The notes: generated from the letters alone by a model not told the origin. Shown: positions 21,346 to 33,672, counted from the first letter of the stretch. The stretch: DNA of 64,000 nucleotides from Cyanidioschyzon merolae (GCA_000091205.1 AP006494.2), one strand, 5' to 3'. Translations and numbers: made by a program.

Positions 21346-22186
21346 GCCAGCTTTAGTGGACCTGTTCCATTGTATTTTTACATGAGTGTACTGTACAAGA
21401 ATATCGCATCGGGGTGAGCCGGCGCAACGAAGCTGCATGACGATGTGGCCCGCTTAGCGGATGGAATCCGATAGATGACAACAGAGGGGCCCTCTTCCAT
21501 CGAAAGTGCGCTGCTATGTTGGTTAAATACGATATTCTCTGTTGATTCCGCGACGTACAGCGAAGCGCGCTCAGTATTTTGGAACAAACCCTCAAAGTCG
21601 AACGGGGCTTGTCCACGACCCAGTGCCCGAGACGCGGCTGGGAAGGATTCTGTTGTTTTGGAGAGATTTACATGCTCGCTGCCCGTTCTCTGCAATTGTC
21701 GAGGTTCGAAGACAAGCCGCTTGACTCTTCGCGGCTGAACCTGAAGTTGAGAAATGCCCCTGCGTGCGATGGTCCATTATTTGAATAAATTCCTGCAAAC
21801 AACGCCGAGTCTCCCCATAAAAGTGGAAAAGCAGTTCGGGGTCGAATCACTGGTGCTGTGGCATACGAAATGGACTACGTTGGATAATCTCTTAGGAAGC
21901 TTTTTGGATCCTACTCTAGGCATTCTCAAGTCACTGCGCTCGTGAAAGAAGCGCCAGATTTGTGAACACCAGGCCTAAAACGCAATGCCTGGGAACGCGA
22001 TAACAGTAGAAGCGCGGTTTCTGGTGGCGGATCGTGGGTCACTAAGATGAATCATATTTATCCCTACTTGTACAGATTGTTCAGGTGGATTCGTGGCAGC
22101 CGCCAGCACGACGATCTCGAACCGCCAAAACCTGCCAACCTACGACGCTGTCGCACAAGAGACTGGGCACCTTCTCCAACTGCTGG

Positions 22187-23911
22187 ATGGGAAACGTCGG
22201 GAGCTCTGCCAGGCAACGCAGGAGAACAGCCGCCGGTATTCTTGCTGGCAGCCACGAGTCCCAGGCTACTGTTTGTGGTTCGCTGTTCGCGGCTTGCCTC
22301 GGACTCGAGACACGTAGTTCGTTGGGCCACTCGCCTGGACAAGAATGCGGGGCCGGCTCCTCTACACCCAGATTTGCAGACGGCACAAAGATTGAGCGGC
22401 GTCTTGTTGGCAAGTTCACCTCGCCTACGGGCCTTTACTCTCGGGAGCTATGGGACGAGCGGAAGGTCCGGCGGCTGATCTTGCACAATCGCTTAGCACC
22501 ACGTTTCCCGGGTGCAGAGTTCCCTGTTCGAGTGGTCGTAGAAGACGGAGTCAAGCGCATCAATATGGAGGGTAAGGGTCTATGTCCTGAATATATTCAA
22601 CACGAAATGGTTAGTGCGCTGGAAGAGTGCCCGATATGCTTCTTGTACTACCCGTGCTTGAACACAACACTCTGCTGCCACAGGGGAATATGTACGGAAT
22701 GTTTCCTTCAGCTTCGCCCACAGCGAGTCGTTGCCCACACGACAACGTCGTCGTGTCCGTTCTGCAAGCACGAGCTGATGGAGATCGTTTTCCATGGTGC
22801 ACGATCGGAGAAGGAAATGGATCAGCTTTACGAAGAAGAGAGTCGCGTAAGAGAAGCAATGGAACAGGCACGGGCTCGCCAGGAAGCCGAAGCAGCGGAA
22901 CGGAGGCTGGAGCTCAGGAGAATGCGAGTAGAGCACTGTATATCAACGCTGCGGGCCGTTGTGGCTGCCGCAGTCCATGAACGATTCGCACAATGGCTCA
23001 ATTTCGGTGGCGATTCTTTGCATGAAGCGAGCCGTCCGCAATCAGACGCAGATTGGAGAGCGTCTCTTCCAGAACCACCGGAAGACTTGCAAGACTTTAT
23101 GAACATATCGACTGCGCGGAAAAAAATATGTACATCTTTGCGTCGAACAAAATCCAGCCCGGTTATAACGAGTCGGACGGGTATTTCGGATCATATAGAA
23201 CACTCCTATGAGCGCCATCTAGCACTTGCGCAAGCTCACGGATGGCGAGGAAAGGACCCCCTGCACAATCGGACTGGAACGTTCAAATCTGAACAGCCGC
23301 GAGGTGAACCTAATAGCGAGACCCAACCAGCTACATGCAACCATTCTGAACTGCAAATTCTTCCCCTGGAAACGGTACCGAACCAGTACACGAGTTCGCG
23401 ACGACCTTCGCTGTCTTCTCCAGGGGTCTACGCTTCCTCTTCTCTTAATACGGTACCTGATTCGTCTCGTGCCCAAGATTCCGACGTGCTTACGCAGCAG
23501 ATGAGGCGTTTCGCTCCGGATGCTTCACCTGGGCAAGTCGCGATCAGCACTGATCCAGAAAGATGGAACTACAAACGTCGAAGATCAGCACGTTGCGTGA
23601 GCGTCTCCTCGAGCGCGGAACTTCTTTTGACTGTGAATTTGATGTGCCACAATACCTCCGAATCCGGTGCAACAGGAAGGAATCGCAGAAATGAACAGAG
23701 CGATACGTGCGAGCTTCCCGCCAGTGCGTTTTTGCGTCGATGGACTGGATCCAGCCGAGACCTCTACTTTGCCTGGGAACAAGAGGAACTTGCTCTTCTG
23801 CATGATATGGAGGCCAGAGGGCTCTTGGACTGGGCCGAGGAAACTGACATTACTTATGAGGAGCTGCTGCTAATTGAAGCAATCCGTAGAAGTCTCCTGG
23901 GGAACACGTAA
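22187..23911 (+). CDS. SIP5-like zinc-finger protein (N-myristoylation motif MGNVGSS)
   Basis: CPICFLYYPCLNTTLCCHRGICTECFLQL ... SCPFCKHE reproduces the fungal Sip5 signature (CPICFLYFP...CCQQPICTECFVQIKR...NCPYC). A C-terminal EAIRRSL motif is also shared. I chose the internal Met at 22187 because it creates an MGxxxS myristoylation site; the ORF itself opens at 22085. Confidence 0.6.
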   Translation: MGNVGSSARQRRRTAAGILAGSHESQATVCGSLFAACLGLETRSSLGHSPGQECGAGSSTPRFADGTKIERRLVGKFTSPTGLYSRELWDERKVRRLILHNRLAPRFPGAEFPVRVVVEDGVKRINMEGKGLCPEYIQHEMVSALEECPICFLYYPCLNTTLCCHRGICTECFLQLRPQRVVAHTTTSSCPFCKHELMEIVFHGARSEKEMDQLYEEESRVREAMEQARARQEAEAAERRLELRRMRVEHCISTLRAVVAAAVHERFAQWLNFGGDSLHEASRPQSDADWRASLPEPPEDLQDFMNISTARKKICTSLRRTKSSPVITSRTGISDHIEHSYERHLALAQAHGWRGKDPLHNRTGTFKSEQPRGEPNSETQPATCNHSELQILPLETVPNQYTSSRRPSLSSPGVYASSSLNTVPDSSRAQDSDVLTQQMRRFAPDASPGQVAISTDPERWNYKRRRSARCVSVSSSAELLLTVNLMCHNTSESGATGRNRRNEQSDTCELPASAFLRRWTGSSRDLYFAWEQEELALLHDMEARGLLDWAEETDITYEELLLIEAIRRSLLGNT

Positions 23912-24611
23912 ACGCGAGACCAGGATGACCGAAGTGGCCGTCATCCGCTGCAGAATCTATGTACGCTTACCGACCGATTTGTGTGCAATACCCCAGTTAT
24001 CAGCGAATTTTGCCAGAATGCGTTTTGACAGAGCGAGAATCGCTCCATGTTCGCGAGCAGTCACTTTGTCAAGATCGCAAATGCCCGCACTCCTTAGAGT
24101 CGAGGCTCCCGTTTCTGATGCAGTCGCGAGAACGGCAGAACTATGGGTTGTTTGGATTCCACGCAACAAAGATCACGAACACAAATGACTTTCCAATACT
24201 TTTAGCAGGATAAAGGTCGATTATAGGCCTCTAATACGTTGTCAGTTGCTGGACACCTTGTTGATCATGCACCAGCTCAAGCACGTTGGACAGACTCGTC
24301 GAACCAGTTTGCGCGCTACGCTGACTAGCCTCGAAACTGGGAAGTGTGCAGATAAATGTTGCATCATTTCACACATATGTCTAACACAGCAGCTCTTTTG
24401 TCAGCTTGTGCACCTCATGAATATATTCAAGCATACATGTCAGATGGCGTTTGAGAAACGGGTCCGATCGGCGAAGACGAGGGCCCGCATGCACGCAACC
24501 TGCATGGATTGTCGGCGGCCTCGCAGCGCGTCATGGAGGCGAATACTGTGCTTGTTTACCTCTGATAACGACTGGTCGTGTTGGGATATACATGGGCAAA
24601 AAGGAAGAAAC

Positions 24612-25992
24612 TCTGCGTGGTGCTCCCACATCGGATTAAGGTGGAACGATGTATTTCGCATCCTGGTCCAGCCTTTCGATTCCCTCCGAACTTTCTTTCT
24701 CGGTGTACTGCCTCGGTATCCAAATTGCACCATCAAGCGATTACGGATTCTTATGTAACTTTTGGATTCGCTGTCACCCTTTTTCGGAACTGTCTCTTCG
24801 ATACGTTGCCGCCGGAGTTCATTACGTCACCGGTATCAAGTTGCTCCATGACACACACGAGGAGAAGTTCGTACACTTCTCCACAGCATTACCTACTTCT
24901 CAGGCACAGGAATCCATTCTTCCGTTTTCCTTGCAAACGGCAAGCTCAAATCACGCTTTCCTCAAGTTTTCGGTGTTTCTGTCTCGGAATATCTCGCAGG
25001 TGCAGCAATCGGTGCCGCAAGACTGACGGGGGCAAGAAATCGATGTCGACCCTTGACGACTTGTTCAATAGCTGAGGCCGGAAGTGCACTGAACTACTCA
25101 CGCCGAAGAGTCGATTCCGTTCGAAAGGAAAATCTCCCTCTCTTTGTGGACATCCTCGAAGCGGCACTCGGCAGCAGCATGACGTGGCTCAATGGAACTG
25201 CACCCCAGGGCTCTTGTGTATTCTGGTTCCATGCCAAAGGGTCTTGGACTCGGACGATGGTCATTGCAGCGATCGCTTCTTCAAGAACGCGCATCACGGA
25301 TTCGCAGGAAGAGAGCGAAGACGAATCGTCCTTGCTCGAATTGATCTCCTGTCTGACTATTCCTCCCGGTTCTTTTTCACCATAGACAACATCGCTTTCC
25401 ACGAATCCCGTATCAAACGGGACGGGCGGACCTGCCATGCCGCGGACAGAGAACTCGCCGATGGCACCTCCTTGAACAGGCTCGTAAGTCTTGGGTACTG
25501 CAGTCGGCGCGAAAACGGCGCTCGATATCGAGGTGACCATGCTGCTCCCGTGATGGGCATTGACTGAGCGCTGAATCAAGAGCTCATATGCGACAGGGCG
25601 GCGCTCGGAAGCTGACGTGTGGAGGAGAGATCGGAGCACCTGCGCACCGTCAAGCGTGATCGCTGCAAATGGCGCTCGTGGGCTCAGTGCAAAGAATGTG
25701 ACAACGGCAAGTGAGGCACTGATCGCGGTCTCCGCATGAACATGAAAAGCGTTCACTTAAGCTGGAAGTAGCGAAATCGAGGCAATAGCGCTGCAATCAA
25801 TTTTCCTCCGCTGTTTAGAAGGAGCTGGAGGAAATAGAGAGACCTGCGTATTTCACGCCCAAACCAAGAGAGGCGAAAAGGAAGCATTAGCAGAGAGAGC
25901 TCGCCAGGCAGGTGTTGATGGCATTGGAAAGAGACTCAAACTTTAGAGGGTGCGCCTGACATAGGTGAGTTCGTCAGTTCCACTTCATTCCA
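24612..25992 (+). mobile_element. repeat family A, copy 2 (about 1.38 kb) carrying an intact 220-aa internal ORF on the minus strand (25094..25756)
   Basis: See the copy 1 entry. In this copy the 3' end extends into the shared terminus ...tttagagggtgcgcctgacataggtgagttcgtcagttccacttcattccaacacacgtg. The 220-aa ORF has no family I recognise. Confidence 0.8.
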
Positions 25993-28099
25993 ACACACGT
26001 GTACCGATGTTTTGCTCAGAGCAGTTTTTTAGAACATGCATACCAGTAAACGTTCTTTATTATTGTTTTTCCTCGGAGGCAACCGATGAAAAGAATGTAC
26101 TCTCTAGATTGGAGGGCGCTCGCTCGAAGAATTTGTACCACCACGCAGGCTACTAGTGGACGACCTCACTTATACAAGCTAGTCACTCTGTGTTCAGCAT
26201 GTGCACAAAACATGTTATTCGCAGTCCTTATCCTATAAGATGTGCACCCAAGATAGAGCTCAGCAAGCTCCTTATATATGGCCTCCTACAGATCAATCTA
26301 GTCCATTCTACATGTTCTCTAAGAATATTGGTAGAGTAGCCAAAGGATATGAAATTTGAACACTACTGGTACTAAGGATGATTAAGAGATACGGATGCGT
26401 AAAGAGACAGGATCGCTTTTCAGGAACATCTTCTCGCGTTTAATATCTTTGTACTGGTGTCATTCTGAAACGATAATGTTTATTGCAGCAGACTCTGTTG
26501 CTCGACTCATTGACGAATACTTTGTTCGGGAGAGTCAGTAGAAATGTGAATTGGTAATCCTGAGGGCAACCCGCCTTTAATTATGAAGAGACAATCGATT
26601 AAGGTGACATCATCAGTCGAAATGGCGATTCAGTTGTGTAGTCGCGAAAAAAAAAGCTCGTAATTGTTATGATCGACCAACTCATCCTCCTTTTTCGAAG
26701 CACATGTCATGGGTTCTCCATTCCAGATTGTTCTCCCACATTCTTAGGTAATATCCCTGTCTATAACTTACCACCGGCCAAGAAGTAAGCAGCCACTATT
26801 GGTGTTAAGCTGCTCCTTGTGCCAGCCTATTTTTCTATTTTCAGTCTGGCCGTTGGTGCCTTCTTAGTTGTCGCGTGCTAATACATCGCCCATGATTGAA
26901 TGCACAAGTCTAACTCATCCGTGACAGTTCGCTTCGACGAATCGTTCTTCGAGAGGTTAGTCTCTGCCTAAACCAGCCATGAGCTTCCGGGTTGCTTCTC
27001 TGCTCCTGAGCGGGACTGAGCGAAAGGTGCGCTCTGGTAGTTAGGCCCGCTCGCGATGCAAAAAGTGTCGAAATCTTACGTCAAGACTTGGAGATGTAAA
27101 TATGGAAAAGGCGAGTTTCGATCCCACTGTCTGCTCAGTTCTTCTGAATCCCAGAGCAAAACAAACAGATACTGGGCGAAGCGACCAAAACCATGCCACA
27201 CCGCAAAATAAATTGGAACGCTAAGAAAGAGTTGGTCCCTGAGAGCAATTATGAAGCATCCATTCAACTACTCGAAGAGCAGCGGCGGAGCTCCTTCATG
27301 GTTTCTCCGTTGCACCGAGGAGATGGAAAGCGAATTACAGGCACAGAGAAGACCGACGAAAACGTAGTCTGCATTCACTTCATGGAACCGAGGTCTGAGT
27401 CGAGTAATGAGACTCAGCTGCAACCGTTCAAGGCAGACGAAGAGAAACACTCCAAGGTGAGCGTGGATTCCGAGTTGAAGGGCGTCATGGCCGTCGCCGT
27501 GCCTCAAAATAAAGAGGACGGGACCAAAGACCGTACCGGAATGCAGATGACGCTACTTCATTTCCCAGGGCTCGGTACGATCGACATTCGGGAATCATTC
27601 ACTCCAGAATGGAGAGCGGTGGGTTAAATGATGGCGTCGGGAATGATCTCGACGCTCTGAGCATTGTATGGAGGAGAAGAGGGTGCTTAGCGCAGTTCAT
27701 TCCGAGCGTGGATGAGCGGTCAATATACCATGCGGGTGCGTCTTGACAGGAAAAAAATGAGACCAAGCTGGTGACGCCTACGCGTTCAGATGTACCGAGG
27801 CCAGAACGGTATATTCGTCTCCCAGTGCAGTCAGCTGGAGAAGGAAATGATCGATAAGTCGCGTCGACTCGTACAAGCCTATACCGCTAGATATGCAGTA
27901 CCGCGCTTGGACTGCACTCCTGCTACTTCAGAGGGAGCGTAGAGCGAGTGCCTAAATCGATTTTGTACGCTTCTCGTCGACAGGTTCAGGACGAGCTACA
28001 CGGATCCTGAGCATGTGTGCTCGATGACACAGATAGAATTGCACAGCGTGAATCAGAGATGGTTCCATTATATGTCGCATGGTAGGTCGAACAAATGTA

Positions 28100-28420
28100 A
28101 GACGAAGAGCAAATAAAAGGTCGGAGGCATTCGCTGCTGTAGTTCCACCAGCAGCAATGCGCTCAAGCGCGTTTTGCGCAGAGACATCAACGACTCGATC
28201 ACGATCCGAAAATGTTTCGTGCTTCTGGAGCGTCCAGTAGCTTTATGTTGAGCGAACTGCCGATGGAATCTTCTAGTGCTCGGTGCGGACACTGAGCAGG
28301 GACGTTGTAGACTAGCGATGGGAAAGTGTATGGCCAAGAGAGAGCATTCGATTCTCGACTCGACGAAGGCACTAGTGTGGTACGGGTCAGCAATCCGGCA
28401 TGGCTCGAGCGCCTTATACA
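28100..28420 (+). repeat. degenerate relic related to repeat family E
   Basis: gaaaatgtttcgtgcttctggagcgtccagtagctttatgt compared with E-arm ggaaatgtttcgtgcgttcggagcgtccagcggtttgtgt; the flanking similarity is weaker. It lies inside an AT-richer tract with no supported gene (26.0-29.0 kb). Confidence 0.4.
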
Positions 28421-29020
28421 CATACATCAGGAGCCCTTTTCATGGGCAATTGGCGATTGATAATGGCGCACCGTAATCCGATAGTGCAGAGTATTCGAAT
28501 GCCGCCAGGAAATGGAGTTTCGATCAAAGCCCCCGCCTATGTTGTTATGGATCTGGACGTCAAGCAGAAACCTTATGAGCTTGCTGACCGTCAGTATTGA
28601 ATCGCCCGCTACCAAGCTGCTTAACTAGAGAGCGTATCCATCGGCGGAACCTAGTGCCTTCTTTTTCAGCGTACGAACAGATCTACGTTGCTTTCTACAT
28701 TGCTTCGGCTACCCGCGGAGCGCAAAAGCGCTTGAGCCCATATGCAGCGCTCCAGGATTTCAGCGGGTGAAAACGCCGCGTTCGTTAGGTACCGAAATAA
28801 AATCTAGTGGCTGAAGTTTCCTCTTCCGTGCGTAACCTCTTCGACCGCAAAACTCAAAAACTCCTTCATTGAAGGCAGGCTACCGCATCCAGCTTGTTCA
28901 CGTTTTTCGTTCTCGTGCGATCAATGGAAGTTCAAAATATCTCATCGTTGAAAAAGCTTGTCGTGCGCGTAGCGCTAATGACTTTTTCATTACTGCCGAG
29001 GAGCGCTCGAGTCCGGTAGC

Positions 29021-29914
29021 TCAAACTTCACGTCCGACAATACTTGCTAAGCGCTCGGCCCAGTTGCTACCGGCCATGTGGGTTACAATCTGTAGCGCAT
29101 TCTGCAGCTTCTCCGTTTCACCCAAACCACCGAGAACAGCACACACGGAGCTAAACTTTTTCAGTAAAAATGCAAGCGCTTTCTTCTCCGAAAAATAGTA
29201 CAATTTAGGTAGTCGTTTGCCGTCGCTATCCTCGCGTTGATTCGTCGCCCCATTGTCGAGGAGCAGCCGCGCGACGACGTCTTCGTGTAGATATTCGAAG
29301 AGCCAGCTCGAATGCTGTAGCGCGTCGACAAATTGAGACCAGGGCTGAGGCGTATCCTCACTAAAGAAGTCCTCTATCGAAGAAAACAGTAACAGGACCG
29401 GATCTTGTGGAACCAAGAGTTGTAAGGAGCCATCTAGAACGGTATACCCAGCGGCAGCGTTGAGTCCGGCCTTGCCATCAAGAGCATTCGAGGACTCTAT
29501 TCGCTCTGCCTGACGACTGCAAACAAGCAACCAGCTGCCTTTCCCCAGCTCAGCTCGATAAAGTCCGAAAAGCCTCCACGGCTTGTCGACTTTATCGTCT
29601 AGCCGAACCTCCCACAGACATACTCGGAATCGCGCTCCTTGTGCAGCTTTCCGTGCTGACGGCAACTGGAGGCAGCGCTCACGAACGATCAAGTTTTGTC
29701 CTTCCAACTCTTTGGGCGTCAGGTATACGCCATATGCCTGGCAGTTCATGAAACAGCCAACAACTCTTGGTGGGTTATCATGCCAGCACACAACAATCCT
29801 ACAGAGTAGTGCCACAGATTCGCTGCTCCGTGGGACAGCTACTACTGAGCGGCATTCAATTCGAGACAAAAATGCCCCTGGAATGATGCGGTGAAGGACG
29901 TGCGGCGCAGACAT
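29021..29914 (-). CDS. RNASEH2B: ribonuclease H2 non-catalytic subunit B
   Basis: LLVPQDPVLLLFSSIED ... KRLPKLYYFSEKKALAFLLKKF parallels human RNASEH2B (ATPVDPLFLLLHYL ... KKYYKYSKEKTLKWLEKKV). I chose the start at the Met of MSAPHVL; the ORF extends to 30019. Confidence 0.5.
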   Translation of the reverse strand: MSAPHVLHRIIPGAFLSRIECRSVVAVPRSSESVALLCRIVVCWHDNPPRVVGCFMNCQAYGVYLTPKELEGQNLIVRERCLQLPSARKAAQGARFRVCLWEVRLDDKVDKPWRLFGLYRAELGKGSWLLVCSRQAERIESSNALDGKAGLNAAAGYTVLDGSLQLLVPQDPVLLLFSSIEDFFSEDTPQPWSQFVDALQHSSWLFEYLHEDVVARLLLDNGATNQREDSDGKRLPKLYYFSEKKALAFLLKKFSSVCAVLGGLGETEKLQNALQIVTHMAGSNWAERLASIVGREV

Positions 29915-30054
29915 GTCCCGCCACCGCCCGCGGACGGCGGTCGATGCAGTCGAAGCGCCACATCGTTCAAGATTCGCAGAGTGCGGCTTCCTCAAGAGCG
30001 AAAGCGCTTCGCTGTTCAAGTTTGGCCTTGCTCCAGCCGAATACTTTCTTCTAC

Positions 30055-30885
30055 ATGGTTCAAGAAGAATACTATTCGGTTGCTAGAGCGTTGCGCTCCG
30101 TACTCGCGAGCGGCACGCTTGACGGAGCGCGCGACTTTCGTTTTCGCTATGGCGAGAGCGCGCTCAGCGTTTGGTACGTGCCGATCCTGACTTGCGTTCT
30201 ATACTATGTTTTTCAGAGAGGAATACAACAATATATGAAAGAAAGGACTGCTCCAAAGCTGAAACAGCTTTTGTTTGTCTATAATATGACGATGAGTTTC
30301 GGCTCGGCTGCTCTTTTTGCGGCTCTTACCAAACTGCTGTGGTCTCGTTGGCAGTCGCTCTCCTTCCACGATATGATATGCTCGAAGCAGATGCACGAGG
30401 ACGGTAGAGTGCAGCTTCTGTACTGGATGAACTACTTCTTTAAGTATATTGAGCTAGCTGATACGCTTTTTCTCGCAATTAGAAAGCGCAAAATAATATT
30501 CCTGCACTCGTACCATCATGCTGCGACGCTGGTGCTGTGCTGGTCTCAGCTAGTGGAGCACTCCGCTGTTCAGTGGGTCGTCATTGATCTGAATTTATTT
30601 GTGCACATCATCATGTACTACTACTATGCGGTATCTGCGCTTGGAATCAAGCCCTGGTGGCGACGTTATCTGACCAAACTGCAAATATCTCAGTTCGTGA
30701 TCGACTTGACTGCCTGCGGCTACGCATACGGCTACTATGTGGTCTACGGTTGGGGGTCCTGTTACGGAACCGTCACGGGGGCTTACATGGGGATCGGAAT
30801 TCTCTTTTCGTATCTCCTGCTTTTCATCAAATTCTATATTGAGACATACAAAGGATCGAAGTCAGCCACGAAACTGAAGGTTTGA
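30055..30885 (+). CDS. ELO-family fatty-acid elongase (3-ketoacyl-CoA synthase)
   Basis: Histidine box LHSYHHAATL, the typical ELO helices and the MYYYY motif (IIMYYYYAVSALG). I chose the start at MVQEEYY; the ORF opens at 29944 and overlaps the divergent RNASEH2B ORF. Confidence 0.8.
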   Translation: MVQEEYYSVARALRSVLASGTLDGARDFRFRYGESALSVWYVPILTCVLYYVFQRGIQQYMKERTAPKLKQLLFVYNMTMSFGSAALFAALTKLLWSRWQSLSFHDMICSKQMHEDGRVQLLYWMNYFFKYIELADTLFLAIRKRKIIFLHSYHHAATLVLCWSQLVEHSAVQWVVIDLNLFVHIIMYYYYAVSALGIKPWWRRYLTKLQISQFVIDLTACGYAYGYYVVYGWGSCYGTVTGAYMGIGILFSYLLLFIKFYIETYKGSKSATKLKV

Positions 30886-31414
30886 GATGATCGCGTTGCG
30901 ATAGGCTGAGGTGCTCGTTCAAGAGCTACGGCCCGAGACCCCGTGCCCCGCGAACGAATGCTCTCTCGTAGAGTTCTCATGAGAACCGCGGCTGAACTTT
31001 GAGCAATAGTAGCCTAGGCTGTCACCAAAGAAACAATAAACATCGGTAGTTTTCGAATCGTACCCACATACAGCACCTACGTGGCCCAATATGAGAAGTC
31101 GGCGCTGCTGTAGACGCTATCACCGAATACCTGGCTATGAGCCAGTCTAGCAAATCTCACTGTCTGCAACGCAGGCGGCCTGCGCTTTCGTCTTCCCTGA
31201 TTGCAGACGGCTCTCGCGCATTCAGGGTTGGTTTGCTTGAAATTGTAGATCTAAGCCCTAGAATATGTTCTTTTACCGCATGCGCGTATGAAGTGGAGTG
31301 GTCCATCTAGACCGTTCTGGATGCGTGCCGTTCGCCTTCGAACAGGGATCAGTAGGCACGCTCGCTCAGATGCGAAAACGTTTACGCTAGTTCGAAAAGA
31401 AGAAGCAGTCTACA

Positions 31415-32775
31415 CCACGTCAGAATGACATACACCTGGCCCTCTAACTCAGACGCACGCTCTAAAATTTTGGCCTCTTCCGACTGGCATCAACACCAGC
31501 CTTTGTGGGATTTTTCCGCGACTGCATCATTCTCCTATATCTTACCTCCAGCATTTGAAGCGCCGGTCCCTCATATGCTGCCAGCCTCACTTTCAGCAGT
31601 CGAAGGATGCATGTGGCCGCGCTCACGTCCCAATCCCGCTCCTTCCGGGTGGTGTCAACACATCGCGTGCACCGGCGCTATTCGCGATCGACGCTTCGCT
31701 TGGCTCTTTCATCTTCTTCGTGCCTATCCACGCTGCGCCTTGCGCATCGATGACAATTCGCTGTGGCCTCGTGTTCATATAGCTCCATCTCAAATTGTTC
31801 TCCGAGGCCTGCCATGCGTCACGTGAACGCTCGCACCAGCGCTCGGCACGCGCCCTCGGAGAGCAAAGGACGCCCTCCGCAGTGCCCGTCACCGTTTCCG
31901 CGCCCGGTGCGGTCCGAAAAAGATCACGGGCGTCTTCTGAGCGATAACTCGTCGAAGGCGCTGTCCGCTGCACTATGAAGAGGGCGCCTATCCGTTCGAT
32001 GGAGGATTTCTGGTACATTATATCGTCTCCAAGGAAACACGTATCGGAAGGAAGATCCAAGCTGGAGAGCCAGTCGAGAAATTTGAACCCATCTACGCTC
32101 CCTTCGTGCAAAGCGTGGCGCTGTCTCCACTGGCAGCGACCGCTGCAGTGACCGAAGTTGGATTCCACGGCTCTTCCCGATGCAAACAGAGGATACGAGA
32201 GTTTCCGGGGGCATACCCATTGGAGATATCTCGACACAGCCGGATGCCGTTTCGTTGATGGAAACGAAAAGAGGAGGAGTCGTGTTGCGGAAGTAATCGA
32301 TTATATGACATGAGACGATCAGTGAACTTTTGGCTCGAGCTCGTAAACAAGTCTGCAGCAGTCATCGTCAGGTATTTTCCGTCGTCAACCCAGCGGTGCA
32401 AATTGCTGCGCGCACCATTGACCTTGAAACAGAGGCATAGAAAGCCTGGAGTGTGCGCGATGTGAGCATGCTATACGTAAGGAAAGGCCAAGCGAGGAGG
32501 CGTTTAGTTATGATTTGGGTCATGACGTCGATTAATTTACGAAGCCTTGATTGAAGGCTTCACGAACCATCACGATTCCGCTAACATCAAGAGTTCCGGC
32601 GGGAAGGAGTCGAAGGATCCGCAACGAAATGACAACCGAGAATCCTAAAGCGCATATGAATCTTGGTCCCTTATTGCTGCACTTGTGGTGTTGAGGTTGC
32701 GTATGTAAAGAGTGTTTGGAATAAATTGAAAGACGGGAGCAGAGCGCGCAATTCCATATCAAATTTTAATGCTAT
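31415..32775 (-). mobile_element. repeat family B, full copy; right arm of the inverted pair
   Basis: It is the reverse complement of 20030-21345. Its inner end has cgcacgctctaaaattttggcctcttcc, the reverse complement of the shared terminus. Confidence 0.85.
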
Positions 32776-33672
32776 GCCAGTAAAGTGTGCGCTGGAACTG
32801 CACGCGGGCGCATTGCGCAACCTCGAGAGCCTCGCAGGATGGCGATGACCGAAGTTGAAAATTGCTCGCTGACAATCAAAGAAAGAGAGTCCGTGACGTC
32901 CACCGGTACAGGTGTCGAACACTTGTTCTGTTTCTGGGGCTTAATATTCGGTGCAATGCATCGATCTGGGGCTCTGTGAAATTCGATAGCATGAATTGCG
33001 GGAAATAGCGGTCTCGGATACAATTTTTTCCGTACCCCCAAGCGAGGACGCCTCTAGGCTGATGTGCGTCTCCTATCGCCTCTTAATGGACCGACGAAGC
33101 CTTAATAGTTGTGCAAGGGCCGTGCAACGCGGGTTCTCCCGCAGAGCACAGCGCAGGCGACGAGACGCAGCAATCGCTCCGAACAGAACCCGCAGCGGTG
33201 CCTCCAGTTTCGCAAAGAACGATTGAGCCAGGCTCTACACCATGGGCATGGATGAAACGATCAAACGCTTTCACTTCACGGGGTGGCTGCTCCGCAAGCA
33301 CTCGAAGCTGGGGACATGCAAAGCGGAGCCGAAATCTCCGCCCTGGTTGTAGAGAGCTGCGGCACGGCGGGAGGATGCCTCCGGTGAGCTCCATCGCTCT
33401 CGCCGAGCAGACAACATCACCGATTGTTTTGATAGGAGGACCTTTGGTTCCAATTACATAACTGCGAACTGGCGAATAATGTCGGCAATCGGGAGAATGT
33501 TCTCGATGGCGAACCGGTGCTGCCGCAAAGCTCACCGGTAGGTTAGTAGCCTCGGGCGGTGATTGCTGTTTCAATCGGAGCGATTGAGGACGCGCTTCCC
33601 GTGCTATCATTGCTACTAGAAGACCTTGTGTAGTTCCGCACGCGCTGTGCTGATTGCATAGCGTCATCAATC

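Noticed and set aside
33083-33670. 195-aa minus-strand ORF upstream of lipoyl synthase
   Set aside because: It is Pro/Ala/Arg-rich low complexity in a GC-rich promoter-proximal interval, with no recognisable domain. It is most likely spurious.
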